The notes under the pieces were generated by a model, which ran no database searches, had not been told where the DNA came from, and saw only the letters and a program-made list of their open reading frames with translations. A stretch of 64,000 nt of DNA, taken from the NCBI GenBank assembly GCA_964364855.1, contig CAYINU010000002.1, forward strand, positions 2,337 through 66,336. Direction: 5' to 3'. Each line of letters begins with the position of its first letter. Positions within the stretch are counted from its first letter, which is position 1. Shown piece by piece: positions 51,426 to 61,134 of this stretch. The translations under genes and the position numbers were made by a program. This DNA is from an uncultured Candidatus Marinamargulisbacteria bacterium (GTDB lineage: Bacteria; Margulisbacteria; Marinamargulisbacteria; CAYINU01).

Positions 51426-51790
51426 TTCAGCAAGAAAGCGTCCTAGACGTTGCCGATAATTCTGGCGCACGTGAAGTTCTGGTTATTCGGGTGTTGGGCG
51501 GTAGTAGGCGCAAGTATGCCCGCCTAGGCGATGTTGTTATTTGTACGGTTAAAAAGGCCATCCCGAAAGGTGGCGTGAAAAAAGGCGAGGTGGTTCGTGC
51601 CGTGGTGGTCCGCATGCGCGGACGCCGTACCCGGAAAAACGGCGAGACCTTGCGCTTTGACGACAACGCCGTTGTATTGATCAATCCAGATGGTAATCCT
51701 CGCGCGACCCGTATTTTCGGGCCTGTTCCACGGGAATTGCGTGACCTGAGTTATATGAAAATCGTGTCTTTGGCACAAGAAGTGGTGTAG
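51422..51790 (+). CDS. rplN: 50S ribosomal protein L14
   Basis: (GTG) [19 protein letters not shown]... matches L14. Confidence 0.9.
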   Translation: MIQQESVLDVADNSGAREVLVIRVLGGSRRKYARLGDVVICTVKKAIPKGGVKKGEVVRAVVVRMRGRRTRKNGETLRFDDNAVVLINPDGNPRATRIFGPVPRELRDLSYMKIVSLAQEVV

Positions 51791-51802
51791 GGAGTCTAAA
51801 TC

Positions 51803-52117
51803 ATGGCTGCAAAGTTAAAAAAGGGAGATAAGGTTATCGTCATTGCAGGCCGCAACAAAGGTCAGCAAGGCGCGATCATGTCTGTTAACCCCACAGCGCA
51901 CAAAGTTGTCGTTGAAGGGGTGAATATCGTAAAGCGTCACATGAAGCCCAGTCAGACCTCTGAGGGTGGCATCGTAGAGCGAAATTTGCCGATCGATATT
52001 TCTAATGTTATGCTGGTGGGTCTTGATGGAAAACCCACTCGCGTTGGGTTCAAAGTATTAAAAGACGGAAAAAAAGTCCGCGTTGCCAAGCGATCGGGCG
52101 AGGTTCTGGATAAGTAA
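51803..52117 (+). CDS. rplX: 50S ribosomal protein L24
   Basis: MAAKLKKGDKVIVIAGRNKGQQG... is a KOW domain matching L24. Confidence 0.9.
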   Translation: MAAKLKKGDKVIVIAGRNKGQQGAIMSVNPTAHKVVVEGVNIVKRHMKPSQTSEGGIVERNLPIDISNVMLVGLDGKPTRVGFKVLKDGKKVRVAKRSGEVLDK

Positions 52118-52130
52118 GGGGATTTTGGGT

Positions 52131-52688
52131 ATGGCTAACAAGCATCATTTTAAAAAGGTTTATCGGGAAGAAGTGCTTCAGTCTTTGCAAGACAAGTTTC
52201 AGTACGGCAATGTCAATCAAATTCCCAAGTTGGTAAAGATTGTCATTAATCGGGGTCTAGGTGAATCTTTGGTAAATTCCAAAGTAATCAATACAACGGT
52301 TGAGCAGTTTCATGCCCTCACCGGGCAAAAGCCGTTGCTAACCAAGTCCCGCAAGTCCATTTCTAACTTTAAGCTGCGCAAGGGCCAAGTTATTGGCTGC
52401 AAGGTAACGTTGCGTGGGGACAAGATGTATGAATTTTTGTCCAAATTTATTAATTTGGGCTTGCCCAAAGTCCGTGACTTTCGCGGATTATCTGTGAATG
52501 GTTTTGATGGGCAAGGTAATCTGAATTTGGGCATCAAGGAAGATACCCTTTTTCCCGAAATCAGGGATGTCGATAAAACCCGTGGAATGGACATTTGCAT
52601 TGTGACATCCGCGAAGTCGGATGCAGAAGCCTATGAATTGTTGTTAGGCTTTGGCATGCCATTTCGGGATAAAGTAAAGAGCCGTTAG
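52131..52688 (+). CDS. rplE: 50S ribosomal protein L5
   Basis: MANKHHFKKVYREEVLQSLQDKFQYGNVNQIPKLVKIVIN... matches L5. ATG 52131 lies after the rplX stop; the track's upstream-extended start overlaps rplX and is rejected. Confidence 0.9.
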   Translation: MANKHHFKKVYREEVLQSLQDKFQYGNVNQIPKLVKIVINRGLGESLVNSKVINTTVEQFHALTGQKPLLTKSRKSISNFKLRKGQVIGCKVTLRGDKMYEFLSKFINLGLPKVRDFRGLSVNGFDGQGNLNLGIKEDTLFPEIRDVDKTRGMDICIVTSAKSDAEAYELLLGFGMPFRDKVKSR

Positions 52689-52697
52689 GAGTAGATA

Positions 52698-52880
52698 GTG
52701 GCAAAAACATCAATGATTTGGCGAAATAGACGAAAAGAGGGCACGGTTCAGCACCGCAATCGATGCAGTATTTGCTCGCGGCCCCGGGGATTTTTGCGCT
52801 TTTTTGGCGTTTGTCGCATTTGTTTTCGGATTCTGGCCAGCGATGGAAAGCTGCCAGGCGTACGAAAGTCATCTTGGTAA
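52698..52880 (+). CDS. rpsZ: 30S ribosomal protein S14 type Z (zinc-binding)
   Basis: (GTG) [13 protein letters not shown]...[38 protein letters not shown]. The protein is 60 aa with a C-x2-C...C-x2-C knuckle. Confidence 0.9.
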   Translation: MAKTSMIWRNRRKEGTVQHRNRCSICSRPRGFLRFFGVCRICFRILASDGKLPGVRKSSW

Positions 52881-52894
52881 CGGGGAGAATAGCA

Positions 52895-53296
52895 ATGGCA
52901 GTAACAGATTCAATCGCAGATTTATTTACCCGCATTCGCAATGCGTTGATGGTGAAGCATGACGAGGTCAATGTGCCTCATTCTCGGGTTAGTCAAGAAA
53001 TTGTTCGCATTTTAAAGGACGAGGGCTTTTTGTCTTATTATGATGTGGAATCTCTTGATCTAAAGCGCAAGGTTCTTAAGATTGGATTGAAGTATAACGA
53101 ATCCGGTCAACCGGTCATTCGCGAAATTATCCGTAAAAGCAAGCCTGGTAATCGCGTGTATGTTCGCAAGCAACACATTCCAAAAGTGCTAAGCGGGTTT
53201 GGGATTTCTATTGTATCGACGTCTCGGGGTATCATGTCTGGTCGCGAGGCGCGCATCAGCAATGTCGGTGGTGAGTTGCTGGGCGTTGTTTTCTAG
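52895..53296 (+). CDS. rpsH: 30S ribosomal protein S8
   Basis: MAVTDSIADLFTRIRNALMVKH... matches S8. ATG 52895 has a GGGGAGA RBS. The track's long N-terminal extension overlaps rpsZ in another frame and is rejected. Confidence 0.9.
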   Translation: MAVTDSIADLFTRIRNALMVKHDEVNVPHSRVSQEIVRILKDEGFLSYYDVESLDLKRKVLKIGLKYNESGQPVIREIIRKSKPGNRVYVRKQHIPKVLSGFGISIVSTSRGIMSGREARISNVGGELLGVVF

Positions 53297-53320
53297 AATC
53301 GTTAAAGGAGAGTTTTTACC

Positions 53321-53863
53321 ATGTCTCGTGTCGGCAAAAAGCCAATCCCAGTTCCCGATAAGGTCCAAGTTAGTGTGGACGGTTCGCGTGTTACCGTGAA
53401 GGGTCCCAAGGGTGAGGATACCGTGGAAGTCCGGGATCCCGCCATTCGGGTTGTTGTTGAAAGCAATGTTGTTACCGTCCATGTAACCGATCCTGAATCA
53501 GCCCAGCAAAATGCAAACTCCGGCCTTTATCGGGCCCTGATTGCTAGCGTGGTAGAAGGGGTCACGAAGGGATACCAGATCCGCCTTGAGTTACAAGGCG
53601 TAGGATTTCGTGTTCAGAAACAGGGCGACAGCCTTGTGTTTGCGTTGGGATATTCGCATCCCGTCAATGTCTTGCCGCCCGAAGGTGTTGAATTTGCGGT
53701 CGATGGCCAAAACAAAGTCATTGTGAGTGGCCTTAACAAGCGTGCCGTTGGCCAAGTAGCCGCCAACATTAAGCGCTTGCGCAGTCCAGATGCATATAAA
53801 GGCAAGGGAATTCGCTACGAAGGCGAACATATTCCGCTCAAACAAGGTAAAGGTGTGAAGTAG
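53321..53863 (+). CDS. rplF: 50S ribosomal protein L6
   Basis: [32 protein letters not shown]... matches L6. Confidence 0.9.
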   Translation: MSRVGKKPIPVPDKVQVSVDGSRVTVKGPKGEDTVEVRDPAIRVVVESNVVTVHVTDPESAQQNANSGLYRALIASVVEGVTKGYQIRLELQGVGFRVQKQGDSLVFALGYSHPVNVLPPEGVEFAVDGQNKVIVSGLNKRAVGQVAANIKRLRSPDAYKGKGIRYEGEHIPLKQGKGVK

Positions 53864-53871
53864 GAGATCTT

Positions 53872-54192
53872 ATGAGAAAGCGAAGTTCAGATTATAAAAA
53901 GATTCTAAAACGACAGTCCACACGTCTGCGCTTGTCGGTATTTCGAAGCAATCGGTTCATTTATGCGCAGATTATCGATGACACCAAAGGCGCAACATTG
54001 GTATCTGCCAGCTCACAAAAAGGCGGTAAAGGCTTAAACGTTGCCATCGCAAAAGAAGTGGGCAAGGCCTTGGGCGAAGCCGCAGTTGGGAAAAATATTA
54101 CCTCTGTTTATTTTGATCGTGGACGATACCGGTTTCACGGCCGTGTTAAGGCATTGGCCGATGGCGCTCGTGAAGCGGGTCTAATTTTTTAA
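53872..54192 (+). CDS. rplR: 50S ribosomal protein L18
   Basis: ...[20 protein letters not shown]... matches L18. Confidence 0.9.
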   Translation: MRKRSSDYKKILKRQSTRLRLSVFRSNRFIYAQIIDDTKGATLVSASSQKGGKGLNVAIAKEVGKALGEAAVGKNITSVYFDRGRYRFHGRVKALADGAREAGLIF

Positions 54193-54202
54193 AGGAGTCA
54201 TC

Positions 54203-54880
54203 ATGGCGTCAAGCAGAGTTGGAATGGAAACCGAAGAATCACCGTACGTCGAAAAGGTTATTCAAATTGATCGCGTTAATAAGGTTGTTAAGGGTGGAAA
54301 GCGTTTGGCCTTTCGGGCTTTGGTTATCGTTGGTGACGGCAAGGGCCGGGTTGCCATTGCGCTGGGCAAGGCCAAAGAAGTTCCCAGTGCCATTAAAAAA
54401 GGGATTGATCGTGCCAAGAAACATCTGCAAGGGGTTTATATTGTTGGGGGCACCTTGCCTCATGCCGCTACCGGAACTTCAGGATCTTCCAGGGTATTGT
54501 TGAAGCCGGCACCCCCTGGAACGGGGGTTATTGCGGGTGGTGCCGTTCGTATTTTGCTCGAGGCGGCTGGGTACCAAAATGTGGTTGCCAAGGCGATTCG
54601 GTCCAGCTCAGCTATTAATTCTTCTCGTGCCGCGATGAATGCGTTGTTGCAGTTGCGCAGTAAAGAGCAGGCCGAAAAAGAGCGGGGTAAGCCGCTGCCT
54701 ATTCGCTTTTATACCAGTGTCGAGACGCCTGGGATAATGTCGGTTGTTGCAGGCTCTGCTCTGGAAGAAATCGTCGTTGCGGATGAAGTAGCATCTGAAG
54801 CAGGTGCCGCAGTAGTTGGGCGGACCACGGCAGAGAAGTCTAAAAAGAAACCAGCTAAAACAACGAAGCGTAAGCCATAG
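54203..54880 (+). CDS. rpsE: 30S ribosomal protein S5 with Ala/Lys-rich C-terminal extension
   Basis: ...IDRVNKVVKGGKRLAFRALVIVGDGKGRVAIALGKAKEV... matches S5. An extra roughly 55 aa ends ...AEKSKKKPAKTTKRKP. No L30 gene follows. Confidence 0.9.
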   Translation: MASSRVGMETEESPYVEKVIQIDRVNKVVKGGKRLAFRALVIVGDGKGRVAIALGKAKEVPSAIKKGIDRAKKHLQGVYIVGGTLPHAATGTSGSSRVLLKPAPPGTGVIAGGAVRILLEAAGYQNVVAKAIRSSSAINSSRAAMNALLQLRSKEQAEKERGKPLPIRFYTSVETPGIMSVVAGSALEEIVVADEVASEAGAAVVGRTTAEKSKKKPAKTTKRKP

Positions 54881-54908
54881 GATTTGAGAGCGGAAAGGGA
54901 TACCTCAC

Positions 54909-55355
54909 ATGAAACGAAATCAAGTTAAGCCTGCCGACGGCTCCATACAAGTACGAAAGCGTGTTGCGCGGGGGAACGCCTCCGGTTGGGGTGGGGAAGC
55001 GGGTCGTGGTCATAAGGGTGCAAAGAGCCGCACCGGGTATTCCTCAAAGCCCGGCTTTGAGGGTGGGCAAATGCCCCTGTACCGGCGCTTGCCGAAAAAA
55101 CGCGGGTTTAGGTCTTTAACCCGTGTGGATTACGAAATCGTCAATTTGCAAAATTTAGCCAAACTATGCCAGGCCAACGAAATTGTTGGGCCGGAGGATT
55201 TGATTCGGCGTTTCGGCTTAAATCCTCGAAAACCGATTAAGGTTCTGGGTACCGGTGAGTTGGCATTTGCCTTGCATTTGCAAGTCCATGCTATTTCTGG
55301 GAAAGCTCAGGAAAAAGTACTTAAAGCGGGCGGCAAAGTTCAGCTGCTCGGTTAA
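54909..55355 (+). CDS. rplO: 50S ribosomal protein L15
   Basis: ...GWGGEAGRGHKGAKSRTGYSSKPGFEGGQMPLYRRLPKKRGF... matches L15. Confidence 0.9.
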   Translation: MKRNQVKPADGSIQVRKRVARGNASGWGGEAGRGHKGAKSRTGYSSKPGFEGGQMPLYRRLPKKRGFRSLTRVDYEIVNLQNLAKLCQANEIVGPEDLIRRFGLNPRKPIKVLGTGELAFALHLQVHAISGKAQEKVLKAGGKVQLLG

Positions 55356-55360
55356 GTCTG

Positions 55361-56629
55361 ATGTCTCTTTTTTGGGAGATTTTTAAGAACGCTTCGCTTC
55401 GTCGAAAACTGGGCTTCGTTGCCATTATCATCTTGATCTACCGGGTGGGAACCCATATTCCTATGGCCGGCGTGGATTTGGTGAAGCTTGAGGCCATGTT
55501 TTTGCACGAAGGTGGTGTGCTGGGCTTTGTGAACCTCTTTTCCGGGGGTGCGTTGAGCCGATTTTCTATCTTTGCCTTGGGTATTATTCCTTACATTAAT
55601 GCGTCCATTATCATGCAGTTGTTGACTGTGGCTTGGCCTCAACTTAAGGAATTGCAAGAAGAAGGGGAAGCCGGGCGCCAAAAGGTGGCGCAATATACCC
55701 GCTACCTTTCCGTGGGGTTGGCCATTGTTCAAGCTATCGTTATGACGGTAAGCTTTCGGGCCGTTGTGGCCCCTGACGTTTCTTTTGCCTTTTTCATGAT
55801 ATATGCATCCGTTTCACTAGTTGCCGGTTCTGTGGCCGTGATGTGGTTAGGGGAAATGATTAGTGAGTATGGCATTGGTAATGGCGCGTCCATTTTGATC
55901 TTTGTCGGTATTGTATCCCAGATGCCCTTCTATATCAAAAATACCTACGTGTTGATACAAGGGGGCACCAGCATTTTAGCTGTTCTGGCATTCGTTGCCA
56001 TGTTGGTCGTCATGATCGTCGCGATCGTGTTTATGCAAGAGGCGCAACGGCGGATTCCCGTCCAATATGCAAAGCGCGTGGTCGGACGCCTTAGCGCCGC
56101 CCATCGGCAGACCTATATTCCGATGCGTTTGATCCAAGGTGGCGTTCTGCCGATTATTTTTGCCTCAGCGCTGCTACAGTTCCCCTTTTTGATTGTGAAT
56201 TATCTGCCTTTCCCTGCATTTAAGAATGCTTTCATGACGATATTTTCCTATACGGGTGTTTGGTACAATCTGAGCTTTTGCTTGCTGATTCTGTTTTTTG
56301 CCTATTTTTACACCGCTATTACATTTAACCCGGATGAACTTGCGGAAAATCTGAAAAAGTATGGTGGGTTTGTAGTGGGGATACGTCCAGGTAAGCCAAC
56401 CGCTGAGTTTTTGGATCGCGTGGTCAGCAAGCTGACCTTGATTGGCGCCATTTTTTTGGCGGCCATCTCCATTGTGCCGATCGCAACGGCCAATATAACC
56501 AATGTGACGAGTTTTATGGGCTTGGGTGGTACGGCGTTGCTGATTATCGTGGGCGTTGCTATGGATTTGGTCAAACAAATCGAAACCTTCCTACTGTCCT
56601 CGAAGTACGAAGGATTTGTGGGTGGCTAG
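55361..56629 (+). CDS. secY: preprotein translocase subunit SecY
   Basis: A 10-TM protein sits in the canonical position after rplO. Confidence 0.9.
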   Translation: MSLFWEIFKNASLRRKLGFVAIIILIYRVGTHIPMAGVDLVKLEAMFLHEGGVLGFVNLFSGGALSRFSIFALGIIPYINASIIMQLLTVAWPQLKELQEEGEAGRQKVAQYTRYLSVGLAIVQAIVMTVSFRAVVAPDVSFAFFMIYASVSLVAGSVAVMWLGEMISEYGIGNGASILIFVGIVSQMPFYIKNTYVLIQGGTSILAVLAFVAMLVVMIVAIVFMQEAQRRIPVQYAKRVVGRLSAAHRQTYIPMRLIQGGVLPIIFASALLQFPFLIVNYLPFPAFKNAFMTIFSYTGVWYNLSFCLLILFFAYFYTAITFNPDELAENLKKYGGFVVGIRPGKPTAEFLDRVVSKLTLIGAIFLAAISIVPIATANITNVTSFMGLGGTALLIIVGVAMDLVKQIETFLLSSKYEGFVGG

Positions 56630-57263
56630 GGCAATTATCTTTTTGGGGCCTCCTGCATGTGGCAAGGGTACGCAATCTGAAATCCTATCCCAGAGGATGG
56701 AGGCACTTCAGATTTCGACGGGCACCTTGTTGCGCAAGGCCATCGCAGAAGGAAGTCCCGCGGGGCTAGAGGCCCAACGGTACGTGGAGCAAGGGCTATT
56801 GGTGCCGGATGCGCCTATCCTAGACATGGTTGCAGATCAGTTAGGTGATAAACGGGCACGAAACGGTGTTGTTTTTGACGGATTTCCACGCACTTTAAAC
56901 CAGGCCCAACAGCTGAGCGATTTGTTGGAAAAAGCCAATATTTTGGTGACAAAAGTGTTTCTCGTTGAGGTGGATTTGCCAGAAGTGATATTTCGCATTG
57001 CTGGCCGGCTAGAATGTCCAAAATGCAAGCGTATCTACCATGCCAAACTATACCCACCCAAAGTTCCGGGGATATGTGATGTCTGTCAGACCCGTCTGGT
57101 TCATCGTTCGGACGATACAGAAGAAAAAGTGAAAAAACGCTATGCCATTTATGAAAAAGAAATCGGACCGATCGTGGCGTATTATGGCGAGACGTTGGTC
57201 CGTATTGACGGGCAGCAAGCCAAAGAGGCGATCGCCAAGCAGATTGCCCAATACTGTTTATGA
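56622..57263 (+). CDS. adk: adenylate kinase (zinc-finger lid type)
   Basis: (GTG) MARAIIFLGPPACGKGTQSE... matches Adk, with lid Cys motifs CPKC...CDVC. GTG 56622 overlaps the secY stop. The track's upstream extension lies inside secY and is rejected. Confidence 0.85.
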   Translation: MARAIIFLGPPACGKGTQSEILSQRMEALQISTGTLLRKAIAEGSPAGLEAQRYVEQGLLVPDAPILDMVADQLGDKRARNGVVFDGFPRTLNQAQQLSDLLEKANILVTKVFLVEVDLPEVIFRIAGRLECPKCKRIYHAKLYPPKVPGICDVCQTRLVHRSDDTEEKVKKRYAIYEKEIGPIVAYYGETLVRIDGQQAKEAIAKQIAQYCL

Positions 57264-58024
57264 TTTCCATCAAAACCGAGTCTGAGTTGTCGATTATGCG
57301 AGAGGCGGGCCGCATTTTGGCGCTGACGTTTGTCGCCGTAGGTCCTCAAGTCCGGGAAGGTATTTCGGCTAAAACGTTGGATGATCTGGTGAAAAATACG
57401 ATTCAGAACCTGGGTGCCGAACCTGGATTTTTGGGCTATCAGGGCTACAAGTATAGCGCTTGCATTTCCAGAAACGAGGAAATCGTGCATGGGATCCCTT
57501 ATGCAGACAAGATTGTACTACCGGGAGATATATGGAGTATTGACATCGGTGTTCGCTTTAACGGATACTATGCCGATGCGGCGCGAACGTACTGCGTCGG
57601 GCCGGTCTCTGATCAGGCGAGAAAATTGGTAGAAGTAACTAAGGCATCGTTTTTTGAGGGTATTCGCCGGGCTGTTCCTGGCAACCGTCTGGGCGACGTT
57701 TCCAACGCCATCCAAACCTATGTGGAATCCCACGGGTTTGCAGTGGTGAAAGACTTGTACAGTCACGGTATTGGAAAGTCGTTACACGAAGATCCACTCA
57801 TTCCCAATTATGGGAAAAAGGGGAAAGGTCCTGTGCTCAAGCGCGGGATGACATTTGCTCTGGAGCCGATGGTGAACATCGGAACGGATCGGATCGTTAC
57901 CCTTGCCGATAAGTGGACGGTTGTGACTGCAGACCGAAAATGGTCGGCACACTATGAAAATACGATTCTGGTTACCGACGAAAATGGTCCCGAAATATTA
58001 ACCTTGGATACAAGTGAACGATGA
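57260..58024 (+). CDS. map: type I methionine aminopeptidase
   Basis: ...HGIP...D.GV..NGYY.D..RT..VG... with conserved metal ligands matches Map. The start overlaps the adk stop as ATGA. Confidence 0.9.
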   Translation: MISIKTESELSIMREAGRILALTFVAVGPQVREGISAKTLDDLVKNTIQNLGAEPGFLGYQGYKYSACISRNEEIVHGIPYADKIVLPGDIWSIDIGVRFNGYYADAARTYCVGPVSDQARKLVEVTKASFFEGIRRAVPGNRLGDVSNAIQTYVESHGFAVVKDLYSHGIGKSLHEDPLIPNYGKKGKGPVLKRGMTFALEPMVNIGTDRIVTLADKWTVVTADRKWSAHYENTILVTDENGPEILTLDTSER

Positions 58025-58242
58025 GTAAGAAAAAAGATGTTATCGAAATAAACGGAGTTGTGGTAGAATCGTTGCCCAATGCCCAATTTCGGGTCAAGCT
58101 CGAAACCGGGCAGGAAGTTCTTGCCCATATTTCAGGTAAGATCAGAAAAAATTATATCCGGGTTCTGTTGGGTGACACGGTTGTGGTTGAATTGTCACCC
58201 TATGATATGACTCGCGGTCGTATCATTTATCGGGTGAAGTAA
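58021..58242 (+). CDS. infA: translation initiation factor IF-1
   Basis: [71 protein letters not shown] is an S1-like fold matching IF-1. Confidence 0.95.
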   Translation: MSKKKDVIEINGVVVESLPNAQFRVKLETGQEVLAHISGKIRKNYIRVLLGDTVVVELSPYDMTRGRIIYRVK

Positions 58243-58251
58243 GGGGTTAGT

Positions 58252-58365
58252 ATGAAAGTTGGCGCTTCTGTTAAGCGAATCTGTAAGAAATGTAAAATTG
58301 TAACCCGCAGGGGCGTTGTTCGCGTTGTATGCGAAACCCCAAAGCATAAACAAAGACAAGGCTAA
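58252..58365 (+). CDS. rpmJ: 50S ribosomal protein L36
   Basis: Translated by hand: [37 protein letters not shown] (37 aa). It falls below the ORF-track length cutoff and sits in the canonical infA-rpmJ-rpsM position. Confidence 0.85.
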   Translation: MKVGASVKRICKKCKIVTRRGVVRVVCETPKHKQRQG

Positions 58366-58376
58366 GGAGGAAAGTT

Positions 58377-58751
58377 GTGGCTCGCATTTTAGGTGTAGAT
58401 TTACCTGCCAATAAACGCATTGAAGTCGCGTTGACCTATATTTTTGGTGTGGGATTGTCTCGAGCCAAGCTCATTTTGGCCAAAACGCAAATTGACCCTG
58501 AAACTCGGGTTAAGGGCCTGTCCGAGGACGAAATTCTTCGGATCCGTGAAACGCTTTCTCAGTTCACACTTGAAGGAGATCTGCGCCGGGATGTATCCCG
58601 AAATATTAAGCGCTTAACCGATATCGGTTCGTATCGTGGGAATCGGCATCGCCGTAAATTGCCTTGTCGGGGTCAACGAACGCATACCAATGCGCGGACC
58701 AAGCGCGGCAAAGCGATCGCGATTGCCGGCAAGAAGAAAGTAACCAAATAG
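58377..58751 (+). CDS. rpsM: 30S ribosomal protein S13
   Basis: (GTG) [24 protein letters not shown]... matches S13. Confidence 0.9.
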   Translation: MARILGVDLPANKRIEVALTYIFGVGLSRAKLILAKTQIDPETRVKGLSEDEILRIRETLSQFTLEGDLRRDVSRNIKRLTDIGSYRGNRHRRKLPCRGQRTHTNARTKRGKAIAIAGKKKVTK

Positions 58752-58779
58752 TTCGGCTTTTAAGCGAGGAGGAAGTCAC

Positions 58780-59163
58780 TTGGGCGTTAAGCGTAAAAAA
58801 CGTGTAAAAAAGAATGTTTCCGAAGGAATGGCTCACATCAAGTCCACCTTCAATAACACGGTCGTGTCCATTACCGATGCGCAAGGCAATGTTGTTTCCT
58901 GGTGTTCAACCGGAATGGTTGGATTTAAAGGCACCAAGAAAGGCACGCCCTTTGCTGCGCAGCAAGCCGGCGAAGAAGCTGGCCGAAAGGCAATGGAGCA
59001 AGGCCTTCGCGTTTTGACCCAAGTGCTGGTAAAAGGACCGGGCTCCGGCCGTGAAACGGCAATTCGGGCCTTGCAGTCCGTTGGATTGGATATTTTATCC
59101 ATTAAAGACGTTACCCCGATTCCTCATAATGGTTGCCGGCCTCGCAAACGGCGCCGGGTGTAA
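58780..59163 (+). CDS. rpsK: 30S ribosomal protein S11
   Basis: A TTG start follows a GAGGAGG RBS. ...[30 protein letters not shown]... matches S11. Confidence 0.9.
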   Translation: MGVKRKKRVKKNVSEGMAHIKSTFNNTVVSITDAQGNVVSWCSTGMVGFKGTKKGTPFAAQQAGEEAGRKAMEQGLRVLTQVLVKGPGSGRETAIRALQSVGLDILSIKDVTPIPHNGCRPRKRRRV

Positions 59164-59177
59164 GGGAGGTAGAGGAT

Positions 59178-59801
59178 ATGGGAAGTTATAAAGGACCTAG
59201 TTGTAAGATTTGCCGACGGAACCGCGTAAAGCTGTTCTTGAAGGGCTCGCGCTGTTTCACCGCGAAGTGTGAAATTGAAAAGCGCAATTTTCCTCCCGGT
59301 TCTGCGCCAGGGGCCCGTGCGAGTAAGATGTCGGAGTATGGCGTTCGGCTGCGTGAGAAGCAGAAGCTGCGTTACTTTTACGGTATTTCCGAAAATACGA
59401 TGCGCCGTTCCTATCAACGGGCCAGCGAAAAAAAGGGGATTACCGGCTACAATCTACTTTTGATTTTTGAAAGCCGCTTGGACAATGTTCTGTACCGCAC
59501 CAACGTTTGCCGTTCTCGCAAAGAGGCGCGCCAAATCGTTCGGCATGGCCACGTCAAGGTCAATGGTCGCAAGGTGGATATCCCTTCTTTTGAAATTCGC
59601 GTAGGCGATGTCGTTGAGCTAAGCGATAAGAAACGGGATTTCTTTATCGGCAATTTGCAGGCGCTCAAAGATGCGCAGATCCCTGCAACGTATCAATTCG
59701 ACGAGAAGGCGTTGACCGTTAAGTTTCTTCACGCGCCGAAGCGTGAAGACATTGATGTCCCTGTCCAAGAACAGCTGATTGTAGAGTACTATTCCCGATA
59801 A
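59178..59801 (+). CDS. rpsD: 30S ribosomal protein S4 (Cys4 zinc-ribbon type)
   Basis: MGSYKGPSCKICRRNRVKLFLKGSRCFTAKC... matches S4. ATG 59178 follows a GGGAGG RBS. The track's upstream extension overlaps rpsK and is rejected. Confidence 0.9.
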   Translation: MGSYKGPSCKICRRNRVKLFLKGSRCFTAKCEIEKRNFPPGSAPGARASKMSEYGVRLREKQKLRYFYGISENTMRRSYQRASEKKGITGYNLLLIFESRLDNVLYRTNVCRSRKEARQIVRHGHVKVNGRKVDIPSFEIRVGDVVELSDKKRDFFIGNLQALKDAQIPATYQFDEKALTVKFLHAPKREDIDVPVQEQLIVEYYSR

Positions 59802-59820
59802 GATTTTGAAGGAGGCTAAC

Positions 59821-60771
59821 GTGGCTAATGCTGCACCATGGGTCAAGTTTGAGGAAATAAGTGAGAATGCCGGTCGCTTCATCGTGTCTCCATTGAATCG
59901 GGGCATGGGATCGACACTGGGCAATTCGATGCGTCGTGTATTGTTGTCTTCTCTGTCAGGGGCCGCTATCACATCTTTGCAAATCGAAGGTGTAGAGCAT
60001 GAATTCTCCACGATGGAGAACGTTGTAGAAGATGCGTTGGACATCATCTTTAATGTCAAGGCTATTGTTTTTAAGTTAAAAAGCGGCGAGCCAAAAAACT
60101 TGGAAATTAACTTTTCCGGCAAGGGCGTTGTGAAGGCATCCGATATTAAGCACGACTCCGATGTCGAAATTATCAACCCAGATCAGCCCATTGCGCAGTT
60201 GTCTGAAAAAGGTAAATTGCAAATTCGCTTGCGCTTGGAAAAAGGGGTGGGCTATTCTCCTGCGGAATCCCGCTCCGATGACGAGCAAGATATTCGGACG
60301 ATTAACGTTGATGCCTCTTTCTCTCCGATTATTCGGGTGAATCATACGGTGGAAAACATTCGTGTGGGCAAGGAATTGGACTACGATCAGCTGACGCTGG
60401 ATGTCCATACAAATGGAAGCATCCGTCCAGATGAAGCGGTTCAAAAAGCGGCTGAAATTTTGACCAGACAGGTCCAGCTTTTTGGATATTTGAACCAAAA
60501 GCCGGAAGATGAAGTTGCCGCGGATCTGGATTTGCAAGACGAGCGCTATGAGAATGCACTTAATCTCTCTATTGACGACCTTGAATTGTCTGCCCGGTCT
60601 TCAAATTGTTTGAAGCGTGCGGGTATTAAGACCGTCCGGGAATTGATGGATAGGGGCTTGTCTGAGTTGATCAAGATCAAGAATTTTGGCAAAAAGAGTG
60701 CCGACGAAATCAATGACAAACTCAGGCAATACGGGCTGGTGCTGCCTGAAATGACCGCTGTAAAGGCCTAG
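59821..60771 (+). CDS. rpoA: DNA-directed RNA polymerase subunit alpha
   Basis: (GTG) MANAAPWVKFEEISENAGRFIVSPLNRGMG.TLGNSMRRVLLSSL... matches RpoA. GTG 59821 lies 5 nt after the AAGGAGG RBS; the track's TTG at 59806 sits inside the RBS. Confidence 0.9.
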   Translation: MANAAPWVKFEEISENAGRFIVSPLNRGMGSTLGNSMRRVLLSSLSGAAITSLQIEGVEHEFSTMENVVEDALDIIFNVKAIVFKLKSGEPKNLEINFSGKGVVKASDIKHDSDVEIINPDQPIAQLSEKGKLQIRLRLEKGVGYSPAESRSDDEQDIRTINVDASFSPIIRVNHTVENIRVGKELDYDQLTLDVHTNGSIRPDEAVQKAAEILTRQVQLFGYLNQKPEDEVAADLDLQDERYENALNLSIDDLELSARSSNCLKRAGIKTVRELMDRGLSELIKIKNFGKKSADEINDKLRQYGLVLPEMTAVKA

Positions 60772-60780
60772 GAGAAGGTT

Positions 60781-61134
60781 ATGCGACACCGACGTGGAAA
60801 TGCGAAATTAGGACGACCTACCGATCAGCGCTTGGCGATGATTCGCAGTTTGGTCAAAGGGTTATTTGAAAACGGCCGGATCGAGACCACCGTTGATCGC
60901 GCGAAAGCGGCTCGACGTGTCGCCGAACAATTGGTGACCTTGGGAAAAAAGGGAGATCTGACGTCGCGGCGCCGTGCATTGCAAATTCTGCCGAATGCCG
61001 ACGTGGTTAAGCTGATTTTTGCCGAAACTGCTCCTCGCTTTAACGATCGACCCGGTGGCTATACTCGCATCGTTCGCACTGGATTTCGCCGTGGTGACGC
61101 TGCGGAGATGTCATTGCTCGAATTTGTTGCCTAG
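60781..61134 (+). CDS. rplQ: 50S ribosomal protein L17
   Basis: MRHRRGNAKLGRPTDQRLAMIRSLV... matches L17. Confidence 0.9.
   Translation: MRHRRGNAKLGRPTDQRLAMIRSLVKGLFENGRIETTVDRAKAARRVAEQLVTLGKKGDLTSRRRALQILPNADVVKLIFAETAPRFNDRPGGYTRIVRTGFRRGDAAEMSLLEFVA

Noticed and set aside
52763-53296. Long upstream-extended starts for rpsH, rplE, rpsD, adk, rplA and rpoA given in the ORF track
   Set aside because: The extensions overlap the preceding genes in other frames and lack an RBS. Internal ATG or GTG codons with good Shine-Dalgarno spacing reproduce canonical protein N-termini.
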